Source of the DNA: Alloascoidea hylecoeti
Lineage: Eukaryota
Assembly (NCBI GenBank): GCA_001600815.1
Contig: BCKZ01000005.1
Coordinates: 1,036,875-1,100,874, forward strand
Direction: 5' to 3'
Length of the DNA: 64,000 nucleotides
Shown: piece after piece, positions 25,715 through 38,376 of the stretch
Layout of the letters: the number at the start of each line of letters is the position of its first letter
Numbering within the stretch: position 1 is the first letter of the stretch
Translations under genes and position numbers: made by a program
Notes under the pieces: model-generated
Database searches by the model: none
What the model was told of the DNA's origin: nothing
The model's input: only the letters and a program-made list of their open reading frames with translations

Positions 25715-27032
25715 ATTGCTGTAGAAATTTGAATATACCAATAGGTTTGACTTATGTTTTCTAACTGAATTTCTTCACACCAAATTGAACCCTTAAGATC
25801 GTGCTGTAATGTACGCTGTGAATTAGACAGTAACTATATGAATTTAAGACTGGTTGTGATGAAATATTCGCTATTAAAGAACTGTGACTTTTATTTTCCA
25901 AATCTGGAAAGTGTAGACTCCGGGTAACCACGTTTAAAAAAAGATGGAAATCTTGTTCAAGTAATAGAGTGCTATAGAAACTATTAGGAACATTTATAAT
26001 CGGTATATGCTCTAGAAACAAATCGACGATGAAAATCAACTACTTATGGATTTTGTGAAAGAAGAAATAACGATCAAGCTCGAGGTATGATCGATTTGTT
26101 TACAGATGAATTGGCTGTGAATAATTGTTCGAGGTTACCAAATATAGGTAAACTTAGACATCCTCCTCAATTAACTTTTCTGAATTCAGTTTTGTTCTGA
26201 TGTTAAGTTAATAACAACGTAGTTAGAATAATGTCTACTCACGTTATATTATGGCATAATAAGATTATTTCTATATATTTATTTCACAGACTTATTGGTT
26301 CTAAAAAAATTCGCAGTAATTAAAGATTCATATATATATGGTGTTAAGTTTAGAGCGAAAATACAAAATGAAATCACCATTTGAAACGAAGACAATTTGT
26401 CTAAATGTAATTCAGTGTGATGATCCCTTCGATATGTAACTTTAGCTAGTTAATTGGTTCTTATGATCATAAATTTATGTATATTGAATGAATATGATAA
26501 TATGAAATTATTGTAGTAGGGCCAATCAATCTTATATTCCTGTAGGCTATAATATATAAGTATAGGCCTATAGTTACAGGATATATAGGGGCGCTTAAGC
26601 TTCGAGATCGTCATTTCATTTAAGAGGGTACTAAATATTCGGCCATATTCTAAATAATACAACTTTAATGATTTCAGATTGATCGTATATCACCCCCGTG
26701 TATGATTATACTTATAGCAATATATCTAAGCTATGTATCCAGCAAAAGGGGTTTTCCGGAATAATCACGATTTTTTAAAGAATAATTGTTCCGCAACTTA
26801 AATTTTAGCTGCATGCATATGCGTCAAATTAGAATAAGAAATTTCTATAAACGTCTAGGTGCGCATGGCATGCATAGCATTTTCTAGTTTGTTCTACTGT
26901 AACGAGAAGATTCAAGTTTAAGTTAACTAGTGTGTATAAATTGTCATTATCTTTCTTTCTATTTTTTCTTCTTCATCAATTAATTTACACTCATAACACT
27001 TATTACACTTATAATAATATTAAATTAAAACA

Positions 27033-27857
27033 ATGCTTTCTTACCAAACACCTTTTGATGCCTTCTTCTCTCCTGTTCGTTATCAACCTCAACGTCAGAA
27101 CATGTACCGAACAAGACAAGCATCTCAACCTACTTTTGAAGATTTATTATTAAATCTTTTCGATGATGAATGTGTTTATGATTATGACTATAATGATTTG
27201 AGCTCCGCAAGATCCACATCTAGATCTAGAAACATAAAAAAGTCAAGAACGAGTAAACAGCCAATTACAAGAACTTTCACGCCGGAGATAGATGCTTACG
27301 ATAACCAATCATCATATTTAATTAAAGTTAATTTACCGGGAGCTACAATAAATGATATTGATCTTCAATATGACTCCAAATTAAGAAATTTAACAATATC
27401 TAGTCCAATTTCAAGACTACGAACGTTTGAAAAAACTATTAAATTCCCTGAAAATGTGAATATTAATGAAAACAAAATAACTGCTCGATTTAATAATGAA
27501 ATGTTGAGTGTAACTGTTCCAAAAGAATCAATTTATGATAACAGGAAAAGATGTATTTCTACTGAATCTGATTTTGGGAGATATGAAGAAGATGATACAT
27601 CTGATATTGACTGCAGTAATGATAGTGATGATTGCAGTGAATCTGAAACAGATGAAAATGTTGGTTCTGAAAACGATGAATATGAAAGTGATAGTACTGA
27701 TCAAGATCTTTTCCAGGATGATCCTACTATTACTGAAAAAGGTCATATTGATTTAGAAAAATCATCTACAAATTCAGAATCCAAGAAATTAATAATACAA
27801 CCAAGTCTTGAAGAAGTTAAAGATGAAGATTTTTCGGACTTAAGTTCTAATTTCTAA
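27033..27857 (+). CDS. Small heat-shock protein (alpha-crystallin/HSP20 domain) with acidic C-terminal tail
   Basis: FTPEIDAYD...YLIKVNLPG...FEKTIKFPENVNINENKITARFNNEMLSVTVPK followed by a D/E/S-rich tail; a 7-bp (TTCTAAT) tandem repeat spans the stop. Confidence 0.82.
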   Translation: MLSYQTPFDAFFSPVRYQPQRQNMYRTRQASQPTFEDLLLNLFDDECVYDYDYNDLSSARSTSRSRNIKKSRTSKQPITRTFTPEIDAYDNQSSYLIKVNLPGATINDIDLQYDSKLRNLTISSPISRLRTFEKTIKFPENVNINENKITARFNNEMLSVTVPKESIYDNRKRCISTESDFGRYEEDDTSDIDCSNDSDDCSESETDENVGSENDEYESDSTDQDLFQDDPTITEKGHIDLEKSSTNSESKKLIIQPSLEEVKDEDFSDLSSNF

Positions 27858-28985
27858 TTTCTAATTTCTAATTTCTAATTTTTTCTATAACTTTTAGATT
27901 CATGTATTTGTCATTATAATGTTAATTATTTTTTTTATTTTCATTATTGTATTCATGTCATTTTACTATAGTTAGCTATATGCTACCTTTATCTTGTACG
28001 ATATTTTATAAATAATATATATACAGTACTTTTATAATCTAATTGATGATTGTTTAAGCTTCAAAAATAAATTTAGATTTCTGATTAAAGTTAAAGAACA
28101 CTGATTAATCTTAATTTTATACCCAACCTTGTGTTTTTTTTTTTTACGTGATCGCGATATCGACGTGTGCCATCATCGCGTACGCGTCGATAAAAATGAT
28201 TATTATTATCATCAGACTATATTTATATACTAAAAAACAGATTGGTTTGAAACGTTGAATCAAAAATATATATACGTGCTCTATTTTAAATGATATTTTA
28301 TTTAACTTAATTAACTATTTTTTCAATCTTCTTTTCGTTTTCAAACTCGGTGTTTTTTTTACCCACGTTGAATAATACATTATAATATTAATTATTACAT
28401 TCATTCCTCTCACTTTATTATTGCTATTGGTTAGGTATACTGTTGTATTTCAATCTAAATTTACTACATGTACTTATCCGCGCGTAAAGTGTTTTGATCT
28501 AGTATTATAATTAATAACATCATATATATTATCCGTGTTTTCTACCTCATTATACCGATCTCTAGGGGAAAAAACATAATTATAATAATCAGCAAATAGA
28601 TCAATTATTAAGCTTGATATATTTTAAGACGTTTATTATGCTCTGTTTCCATGGTCAATTTCAATTGAAAGCTCAAAAACAACAATTACCAGCATATCTA
28701 GAAAATTCACAGAATTTTGATACAACATTTATTCTACCGGAGCCTTTTCTTATGACGGAAACTGATTAAAAACTCAATCATCATGATTTCAATAATAAAA
28801 TCTACGGAAAAATGCAAGATGATATGATATGATATGATTAATCAAAATTAAAGAAGGTGTACATTAATTAGCATAATTATAAAAGAAACTGATTCTTTTG
28901 TCCTATATTATCTTTCTACTGATATTCAATATTTGTAAAGAAAATTTATAATTGAACTCACTCCACCCTAATATATTATACAACA

Positions 28986-29963
28986 ATGCCAGGCTATCCA
29001 GGAGATTACCTTTCTTTTCATGATGGCGCCAAGTTCCCTCAAATGGGGTTTGGTACTTGGAAGATTCCTCTAGAAGATACAGCTGATGTTGTCTACTCTG
29101 CAATCAAAGAAGGCTACAGACATATTGACTGTGCAGAAGACTATGCAAATGAAAAACAAGTTGGTGAAGGTGTAAGAAGAGCAATCAAGGATGGAATTGT
29201 TACAAGAGAAGAATTATTTTTAACTTCGAAGCTTTGGAATACTTTTCATTCTCCAGAAAATGTTGTTAAATTTTGTAAGAAGTCATTAGCTGATTGGGGT
29301 GTGGACTATTTTGATTTGTTCTTGGTTCATTTTCCAATTGCTCAAAAATATGTTGATCCAGCCGAACGTTATCCACCTGGTTTATTTACAGATGAAACAC
29401 AATCAACAATTGAATTAGAACCAGTTCCAATTTATAAAACCTGGGCTGCATTTGAATCATTGGTTGATCAAGGTCTTGTTAAAAACATTGGTCTTTCAAA
29501 CTTTACAGTTGCGCTTGTCAATGATTTATTAACATATGCAAGAATCAAGCCAGCGCTATGGCAAATTGAGCATCACCCATACTTAACTCAATTAAATACA
29601 GTTAAATATGGCCAAAGTCAAGGAATTGTTATGCTTGGTTATTCTACATTTGGTCCCAGATCTTATGAAGAGTTAGATAGGAATGATGAAGTTAGAGAGA
29701 TTCCAAGTGTTTTGAAACACCCAGTTGTTGAAAAAATAGCTAAAGCCCATAATGTTTCGACAGCTTTGGTTATCTTAAGATGGGTCACTCAAAGAGGTAT
29801 TGCTTGTATTCCAAAGACGGTTTTTCCGAATGAGTTGAAGGAAAATCTGAGAGCTTTTACCTTTAATTTAACCGAAGATGAAATAAAGGAAATCAATAAG
29901 TTAGATAGACATGCTAGGTTTAACAATCCCATTGATTGGCCCACTGTTCCAATTTTCGATTAG
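28986..29963 (+). CDS. XYL1: Aldo-keto reductase, xylose reductase (AKR2B/Gre3/Xyl1) type
   Basis: GFGTWK, DCAEDY, SKLWN and LVHFP (D-Y-K-H tetrad); IGLSNF, QIEHHPYL, IPKT and RFNNP motifs. Confidence 0.88.
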   Translation: MPGYPGDYLSFHDGAKFPQMGFGTWKIPLEDTADVVYSAIKEGYRHIDCAEDYANEKQVGEGVRRAIKDGIVTREELFLTSKLWNTFHSPENVVKFCKKSLADWGVDYFDLFLVHFPIAQKYVDPAERYPPGLFTDETQSTIELEPVPIYKTWAAFESLVDQGLVKNIGLSNFTVALVNDLLTYARIKPALWQIEHHPYLTQLNTVKYGQSQGIVMLGYSTFGPRSYEELDRNDEVREIPSVLKHPVVEKIAKAHNVSTALVILRWVTQRGIACIPKTVFPNELKENLRAFTFNLTEDEIKEINKLDRHARFNNPIDWPTVPIFD

Positions 29964-31539
29964 AATGCCTTAATCTTAGTTTTAGGAATCGTATTATTAT
30001 ATCCAATTAATGGGATTTGCAGTGAAGGTTGAAGAATGAAAGTAGAACAAATATATAAATTTCATTGCACTCTCTACAGTTATAAGGGCTTATATAGTTT
30101 CTTTATTGTTAGATAGTATAGTTATATATTATGAAAATCATGATTATAAAGAATTGGATATTTGTTAATTAATATTAATTTTAAACGTGATTTATCAGAA
30201 TTAACCGGAATAATCAAAAAAGTTTGCTTTTCTTAAATATACGATACTTATTTATAATACGATTATATATATATCTTTATATTTATATCTTAGATATTTA
30301 AGATTATGTGTGAATTAATAAGAATATTTTTGCATGTCCTAGTTAAATATGGGGTATTATAAAATCATTATTATGTCAATCTCATGCCACCTCCCATACG
30401 CAAGAATGGGATTGTGGTGACTACTCCTGTATCAATATCGAAGCCTCGATTGGCTTCTGGAAGATAATTAAAATCGTAGTTTGTAATTACAGTTCCACAG
30501 CTGGTGGGATGGTAATTCGCACTTCTAGTTGCGTTGTCTATCAACACCAAGTATTTTAACAATGAAATATCCATACTAATATCAATGAGGTAAAGTTTCA
30601 CAACTCTTTTCATCCTTATATAAAAGAAATTTTCTAATCTAGATATCCTTCTTAATGACAACATATGCTAATAAAATATAATTCTAACTATGAAATATCA
30701 CTCTTGAAATTGATAACATGGAACGTTTTAATATATATATATTATTTCTGGCTTGCGCTAGCGCTATAGCGCTATATGAGGAGTAAAATAAGAAATCTTC
30801 TGATTCTTGGTTTGCCTGAAGAGTTGGAAAAATTCTTCACAATATCTGTAACATATCTGTGAATACTGTCTTTTTTGAGAAATGTAGACCAAAAGAGTCG
30901 TCATATAACAATAGTGTTACACTACAATGATTGCATAAGCCAAATATCGTTCTATAATTAGTTATCAGTACTGATAAGAAGTGACTCATAGATATCCAGA
31001 GAAATAGTTGAAGAAATCGTTGGTGAATTCTCCTAGAAATAGTCACTAATTAATCACGAAATAGTTTTTCAACGAAACCGCGAAATGCAAGGATTGATAA
31101 GTCACCAAATAATTATTGCAACTAGGTGGCGTTAATTAGTATCTAAAAATAGATGTCAAATGTTATAATTAAAATTGTTGCTAATGCATATATTCAAAAG
31201 TATCGCTACAAATTAGTGAAAAATTGAATATCAAAACGATTATATAGATATTGATATCTAGATGTGGAATCGTTGTGGATGCTGGTGATCATGGTGGATT
31301 GCGATTAAAGTCTAATACATTCTAAGGTTGTACGTATTGCAAAGTTAACGAATCTGAATGGACATATTTCTAAGCAAATAAATTTTGTGCACGTCTTATT
31401 ATGAAAGATATAGATAAATTAATTCATTCACTTTTAATTAGTATATATTGGATATGGCACTCTTGTTCACAGAAGGTGATCTGATACGCGCTCCTAGGCC
31501 TTTCTTCTACTCAGAACGCGTCAACTTTTTGATAAACTT

Positions 31540-31846
31540 TATTTGAGAATATCTCATCGAAACCTCCATCATTTTTAACCATATTTTGAATGGCTCGGTC
31601 GATTATATAGCTAAAGCAATATCTCGTCTATTTTGATCAGAGAAGGTCATAACTTATGCTGAAACTGACAAAATAGTTGGTGTTCAACGTGATGCTGCGA
31701 GACGCGCCTAACTACATTTCAAAACTTGGTTCAACATTGGTATGGCCTGCTTTGACTGAATAGACGAGATATTGCTTTAGCTCTGTAGTCAGCCAAGTCA
31801 TTGTATTTTGTGGAAAGGTTTAAGGTTTTGATGATATTTTGAAATA
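31540..31846 (+). ncRNA. Candidate structured non-coding RNA: long imperfect hairpin (outer helices possibly extending to 31437-31917)
   Basis: Perfect 24-bp inverted repeat 31609-31632 / 31759-31782 inside a ~140-nt-per-arm imperfect stem. Most transition mismatches are G-U on the + strand. No ORF. Transcription is not shown. Confidence 0.6.
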
Positions 31847-34800
31847 TAGGTCTTTGAGGTTATTTTCTAAATGACACAACGTTAACGTTGTTGCGTAATG
31901 CCAGTCTAGTGTCTAGTAGCAATGTCCACCTAATACCTATTACCTACTACAAGACTCACAACTATAAGCCTTAGCTAATAAATCAAAATAGCTATTATAA
32001 TCAATTTAATTCACACTATATAGGTTATACCTATAAGGCAAGCTGATGTTATACTTGTAAGTTGTATCCCAATCGATATCTACTGTGGCTGTGCTATAGT
32101 TCCCGACCGGATCCTTCATTTTACATGCATATCGATGTATCATATGAATTTCCATCGGTATTTTGATTTATACATAAATGTTTCCAAGTGAAATTAATAT
32201 TATTATTATTATTATGGCTAAATGTTATAATTAGCATTTTCATCGGATATTCAACTGCAAAATGATTTGATCAGATAATATAATTATATAATTAAGTCAC
32301 GCGCATACAAAAAAATTTAGATTTAAAATAACAGTCTACAAGTTCAGTTTGCAAGCTTCACCAGGCATGATAGAATTATAACTCCACAATTCAAAATGTT
32401 CACTTATATATTTATAGGCCGATTATTAACATAAATTAGAAATCACAAGATAAAATTTTATAATCATCATAAATATATTTTCTATGTGGGTTTCCCTTAC
32501 CATCTGTTATTAGCTCGAGTCTATATGGTCGTGATATGTCCTACACATGATGCATCGATATCTCTAAACTTTGCCGTTGGCCCTAGTTATAGCTACCTAT
32601 ACTTTCAATTGGCTACATATATCATTTTATTTTTGTATGTATTTTTATAGTATATCGTATTTGCGACCTTCATAAATATACTATCTTATAGAGCTATAAA
32701 ATATACATCCGAGAGCTTCCATAATATATCTATACTATTCTATAGATATGTTATACGTATTATAGATATTTAATATATGCCTATATTAATGTTATTATTA
32801 ATTTTCTTGAATAATCAATTATAAGGATACATATTGCGGTTGATCATGATCAGCTTTAAACATCTCAGATAAAAAAGCCCAATGTCCAATATAGCACAGC
32901 TTTGCAACTGGGATATCGTCCTATTTTTTTTTTTTCACCTTACACGAATATATATTTCAGTTACTTTTATTTATTTTTGCATGTGCACACAAATTTGGGT
33001 CTATTATATAAATATCTATTATATCCAGTCTATGTGTTTTGGAGTTGATAACGGGCCATTTTTTTAGTCCAATTATTTGAAGCTCCGAGACCGGTCCGAA
33101 AAATATGCTGGAATCATATATAGTTATAATTAATTCTAGTGATGAGTTTGATGCATGGATGCATATAATATATTGTAGAGTTAATAACTCTGAGTTATGT
33201 TCATAATTCAGCTTCTAGAATAGTTTTCAGGGGGTTCCAAAGCTTCTAGAGCAACTGAATATTATAATTACACGTACGGCATCATTTAAAAACATGTTTT
33301 TTTGCATAGTGAGGCTAAATAATTATATGTTATGACATTAAAACCATATACACAATGCCAGGGCTAGTTTGTTTATTCGTATGACTTGCTCTAAATTTAT
33401 GGCCTCGAGCTCCTCAAAGTATCAAACAACAAAAAACAAGTAGATTTTTTAAATTAGAATTGCTATCCAGTGGTTCTGTGATATCAAGATGGTTTTCTCA
33501 ACCTAACAGGAAAGGATTCCGCTATTTAGATACTATTTACTCTTATTATGTGATATGGCTAGTTAACTACTTTGATAAATCTTATCAATTTAATCCATTT
33601 TGATTGGTACCTACTACCTAGCTACCTACGCTGTGACACACAATATTAATATTAATATATTTATATGCAGATATGGCAAGGCTTCAACCCAATTCTCTCA
33701 TGATCATGATCATGAGCAATCATATATGGTCGTTCCTATAATATGCTTTATTTGCTTTATGTTCTCATTTTGAAATTCTAGAAAAAGAATATTCATAAGA
33801 AACTATGTAGCTGTATTATCAGTTCCTATTACTCCACATAAGCTAGATATATATATACATTTCTAGTGCTCATGGAATCTAATCATTGTTCTGATTTGAT
33901 TGTTTTAGTATTGCAATTTGGATGGTAGTTGGATTAATAATCAGATTCGTGGGCTTAATACAATTGCAACTATTATTTAAATAAGTGTTACCGTATTAAA
34001 ATATGTCTGCAGAATCTATGCATATGCATAATTATATGGGAATGTCGTAATTTAATCTACAGATCTAATCCATCTGATAGATCAATTATAATAGGAGTAT
34101 AATTATAATTAAGCATATGTATATTATATGATGTGATGTCCCAGAAAAATAAGTATAGAAAACTGATTGGTTTCTGGAAATAATTGTTTGATATTCTATT
34201 TCTTTCTAGAAAGATTTTCGGAATATTTTATTCCAAAGTAAATCAGCGCTTAGTGGTACGCGCTATATTGATGACCATGATCAGGTAATATTAAACCGCA
34301 TTTTTTATCATCTTTTACATATATATAGGCCTATAATTGCATACGAGTAGCTTCAATTGAATAAAAGTAAGATTGCTTACGCACTACGGCCATGATTTAG
34401 ATGAAATTGAAGATATATACGGTATTAACTATATCATTAACCAATATTATAAATATACAGTATATTATTATATTTAAATTTTTCATATACATATGCCTAT
34501 ATATATCCCTATATTTTGCTCTGTGCAGTAATCTATAGCCAATTTTAATATATATATAAAGATCTTATTCGAAAGTTCACATCTTCGGAAACTTATTTGA
34601 TGGAAAATTTCAGACCACATCTCAACTTTACACTGTCTACATAGCCGTAGTATACAATTATGCAATATCTAGATACATACACCTATTATTATGGAATATT
34701 AATTATTAGGTTTGAGTCAATTCCAACTTTTCAATATAAGTTTTACATATAGTAAATTAAATAATTATATTCCAAATTTCTCCAGCTTATTTAATAGAGA

Positions 34801-35504
34801 CCACGATATTATAATATCTTACTATTATTGTCAATTCAAACATATAACCAGTAAATCTAAAGTGCTTTCTGATGAAGTACGGTTTTTAAGATCTACAATT
34901 AGATACCTATATCTCCTTTTTCAGAAAAATCAAGATTATCTAATCAACTAATCAATATAATCTATCTATTTAATCAGCTGGAATTTCAATACTTATAATA
35001 TATATCAGTTTATTTCGCCATACCTGGAATACCATATCAACGAGATTTTATAATTATCTTAAAATGGGGCCATTTAATATATATATACCATATCAGCAAT
35101 AAATATTAATTAGTATATTTCTAGAGACTCAAAATTACTAACATATGGTCCCAAAAGATCGTTTGTAGGTGCGAACTCGTTAAAGGAGAAATCCTTTTTT
35201 AAATTTATAAATCGTCTCTGCGGTCAGTTGCAATCTAGGAAAAGTGTGTTAATAATATTGCAATGCATATGCATATATACACCAGCTTATAAATTATTTT
35301 ATTTTTGAGTGCTATGATATTGAAGGAGTTTTCTATTAAATGCTGTATCTCAATAAATGTTATATATTTTTCATGACTAAGAATATAATTATATAATGCT
35401 TTTCTTGATAAAGAGTATTTAAGATGAATGGATTCTCTTATATTTCCTTTAATAACTAATTTATAATCACTTAATTATTACTCAACAGGTATACAATTCT
35501 ACTT

Positions 35505-37094
35505 ATGAGTCCTCAGGAGAAGAAAGTTATTACATCTGTTGTAAATGAGGATCAATCATCCTCAGCAAGTATCGATGAACAAGTTCCACAGTTGAAGGGT
35601 TGGAGAAAATTTTGGGAACGTATCTGTATTCCGGGAAGACAATACGATATAAAATCTACGGCCAAAATGCAACTTGAATATCTGATAGAAGAGTCTGATC
35701 AAGAAACCCCAGAAGAGAAAGTCAAACAAGTTAATATTCTTTCAACTATTCTGAAACCAAAAGCTACAAGAGGTGGAAGATTTTTTGATGCTGTAACTGA
35801 TCTTGCTGGATCAAGATTCATACTTGGTCTTACTTTTCTTATTATTGCTGCTTGGGTCGTAGCTGGTATTATTTTGGGAGCTCCAGATAACTGGCAAATT
35901 TGGATGCAAGATGGTGGCTCAATTCAAGCTTATATTTCAGATACACTGCTAATGAGACAACAACAGAACAATGTTCAAGATAACTTAACCTTGATCGCTC
36001 AGTTAAAATCTAGATTACTGACATATATGAGACTACTTCTTGATGTCGAAAATTACCCACATAAATCCGCTGATGAAGATGTACAAAAAGAAATTGACAA
36101 TGCTGTCAAAAAGGCTAAAGAAAAAACTGGTGATCCAGTAAAGCTTCCCGAACTTAACTGGTTCGATAGAGTAGCTACAAAAGTTGCAATTGTTGTTGGA
36201 TCAATTTATGCATGTGTTGTATTTTGGATAGGCATTTTCATATGGTTAGGTTTTGGTAAGAAATTGGGATATGGTGATGTCTGGCAACTTTATATTAACA
36301 CTGCCGTTGCTGTTCAAATTACAACTGTATCGATGTTTCTTCAGAATGTCAGAAAGAGACACAACACTTATATCAGTAAGTGCTTAAATATGACCTTGAA
36401 CGTCGATAGTCAGTTGGAAGCCGAGGTCAGACAATTTACAGGAGATGAACATCCAAACACAGAGGTTGTGATTCCAGCATTGAAAGGATCAAAGGGTAAT
36501 CGTGTAATTGAATATTATGCGTGCATTATTGGTACTGGTATTGGTGTATTTATTTCAGTTTGTGTATTTATAGTTTGGTTGGCAATTGGTGACATCTGCA
36601 GTTGGAATGATAATTGGTGGTTGATTATTGGTACCTATACTGGACTAGTAGGCTTTATTGATGGATTTACTTTACGAAATGTTTATTTCAGGCATTATGG
36701 TTATTTAGAAGAGCAATTTGAGATATTGCAAGGAAAAGAAAAGGAATTTTTTGATGGTTTGAACATTGATATGGGTGATACTTATGAAGTTCCGAAAAAT
36801 AATTCGATCACCTATAAAATCAGTAGCAAACTAGGTTATATTTGCGCTACAACTACAGCAGTTACTTGTTCAGTTATAGCAGTCCTTGTATTAATTGGTA
36901 TTTCAAGCTCCTTTAATTGGAATGTAACAGGTCAATTGATTGCCAATAGCCCTACTATGATTATAGAGGGATTCTTATTAATGGTTCTATTGGATGCCCA
37001 TAATTATATGCTTATGAAACTAAGGTTCCATATTCAATCAATTTTACTGAGAAAAGTTAGTCTTCTAGCCTATGTAAGATCTTTCAAAAATTGA
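35505..37094 (+). CDS. FET4: Low-affinity Fe(II) transporter
   Basis: 529 aa with repeated iron-permease units: NWQIWMQDGGSIQAYISDTLLMRQQQN, WQLYINTAVAV, WWLIIGTYTGLVGFIDGF and TGQLIANSPTMIIEGF. Confidence 0.92.
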   Translation: MSPQEKKVITSVVNEDQSSSASIDEQVPQLKGWRKFWERICIPGRQYDIKSTAKMQLEYLIEESDQETPEEKVKQVNILSTILKPKATRGGRFFDAVTDLAGSRFILGLTFLIIAAWVVAGIILGAPDNWQIWMQDGGSIQAYISDTLLMRQQQNNVQDNLTLIAQLKSRLLTYMRLLLDVENYPHKSADEDVQKEIDNAVKKAKEKTGDPVKLPELNWFDRVATKVAIVVGSIYACVVFWIGIFIWLGFGKKLGYGDVWQLYINTAVAVQITTVSMFLQNVRKRHNTYISKCLNMTLNVDSQLEAEVRQFTGDEHPNTEVVIPALKGSKGNRVIEYYACIIGTGIGVFISVCVFIVWLAIGDICSWNDNWWLIIGTYTGLVGFIDGFTLRNVYFRHYGYLEEQFEILQGKEKEFFDGLNIDMGDTYEVPKNNSITYKISSKLGYICATTTAVTCSVIAVLVLIGISSSFNWNVTGQLIANSPTMIIEGFLLMVLLDAHNYMLMKLRFHIQSILLRKVSLLAYVRSFKN

Positions 37095-38376
37095 TAAGAT
37101 CAAATTATCGATTAAAAATTCAATATTACCCATATGAATCTAAATCTTGAATTTGAAATGATCAATAATTGTACTTATACAATTATATATGTTATATAAA
37201 CAAAACAATTGTTAGTTCAAAATTATATACTTGCTCAAAAATAAACTTTTATTATATGCTTTTTATATTCTACAGCTACAGGTATAGCCAAATACGAGAA
37301 TTTCATTAGTTATTGTTTTTCACTAATTAAATATATGCACATATTTTTTGTATAATATAGGGCCAAATTATAAGTTTAAGTTATAAAAAATATCCAAGCG
37401 TTTATTTATATTTTCTTATAATTATGTTTCTTAGAACAGAGCATATAAAATTGGATTGTCCTCTTTGGTGTCTCAATTCAATTAAGAGCAATAAAGCAGG
37501 TGGACTAGTAAGTTATGGGGGAAACAACCTTCTATTTCATTAATGTAATATTCTAGTCCCGTCTGCATTCAATTGTGAAACTGTGACCCGTAACCTTAAA
37601 GGTTTAAAAGAGTTTTTTATTATTTCCTTTCATGTTTGAGTATCTGTTTGTATTATCTTTCTTTATAGACCTATATTATACTTTGATCCACCGTTTCTGA
37701 TGTAATTTCAATTTTGCATAAGCTCAGTCAAAATATATTTCATATCTATATGTTTAACGATTTCGGTTATTTCAGCTTTGAGAACTGTATCCTCGACATG
37801 GGCTAATTATATGCTACAACTTCGTTGGCACACAGGTGAACAGTCCAAGATCTATATCTAGAGCTCAAGCTCGAAGTCCATCTTGTATAAATATATTGTA
37901 GTCTTAATTCTGAAGCAGTATTGAACATTTGAGAGAATCTAGCTATAAAACAATTTTAACTTAATTAATTATAACCTCCTATTTAAATAGCATACACTTA
38001 GAGCTGCATTCCCAAACAACTCGACTCTTCGATAGCACTTTACAAAGCAATGGATATATGAACTTTGATCAAGAATAGCTTCACCTAAAAGAAAAACATT
38101 TTGCTAAGCAATTGAGTTAGCATACTAAGTTATTGGTTAATAACTTAATAATACATAATAAATTAATACACTATATTATAAACTTTACCCATAACTCAGA
38201 ATATATATATTTTATCCGTAAGTCCTTTGTTGTGTAATTTTAAAGAATGACAAATTGAAAGCTAAAAACTGAGAAACCATTAAAACAAAAACATGAATGA
38301 TCATTACCCTAACAAATAAAACAGAAAATCCTTATACAAATATTAAAGAAAAGTGATGAGACGAACGCTAAATAAA

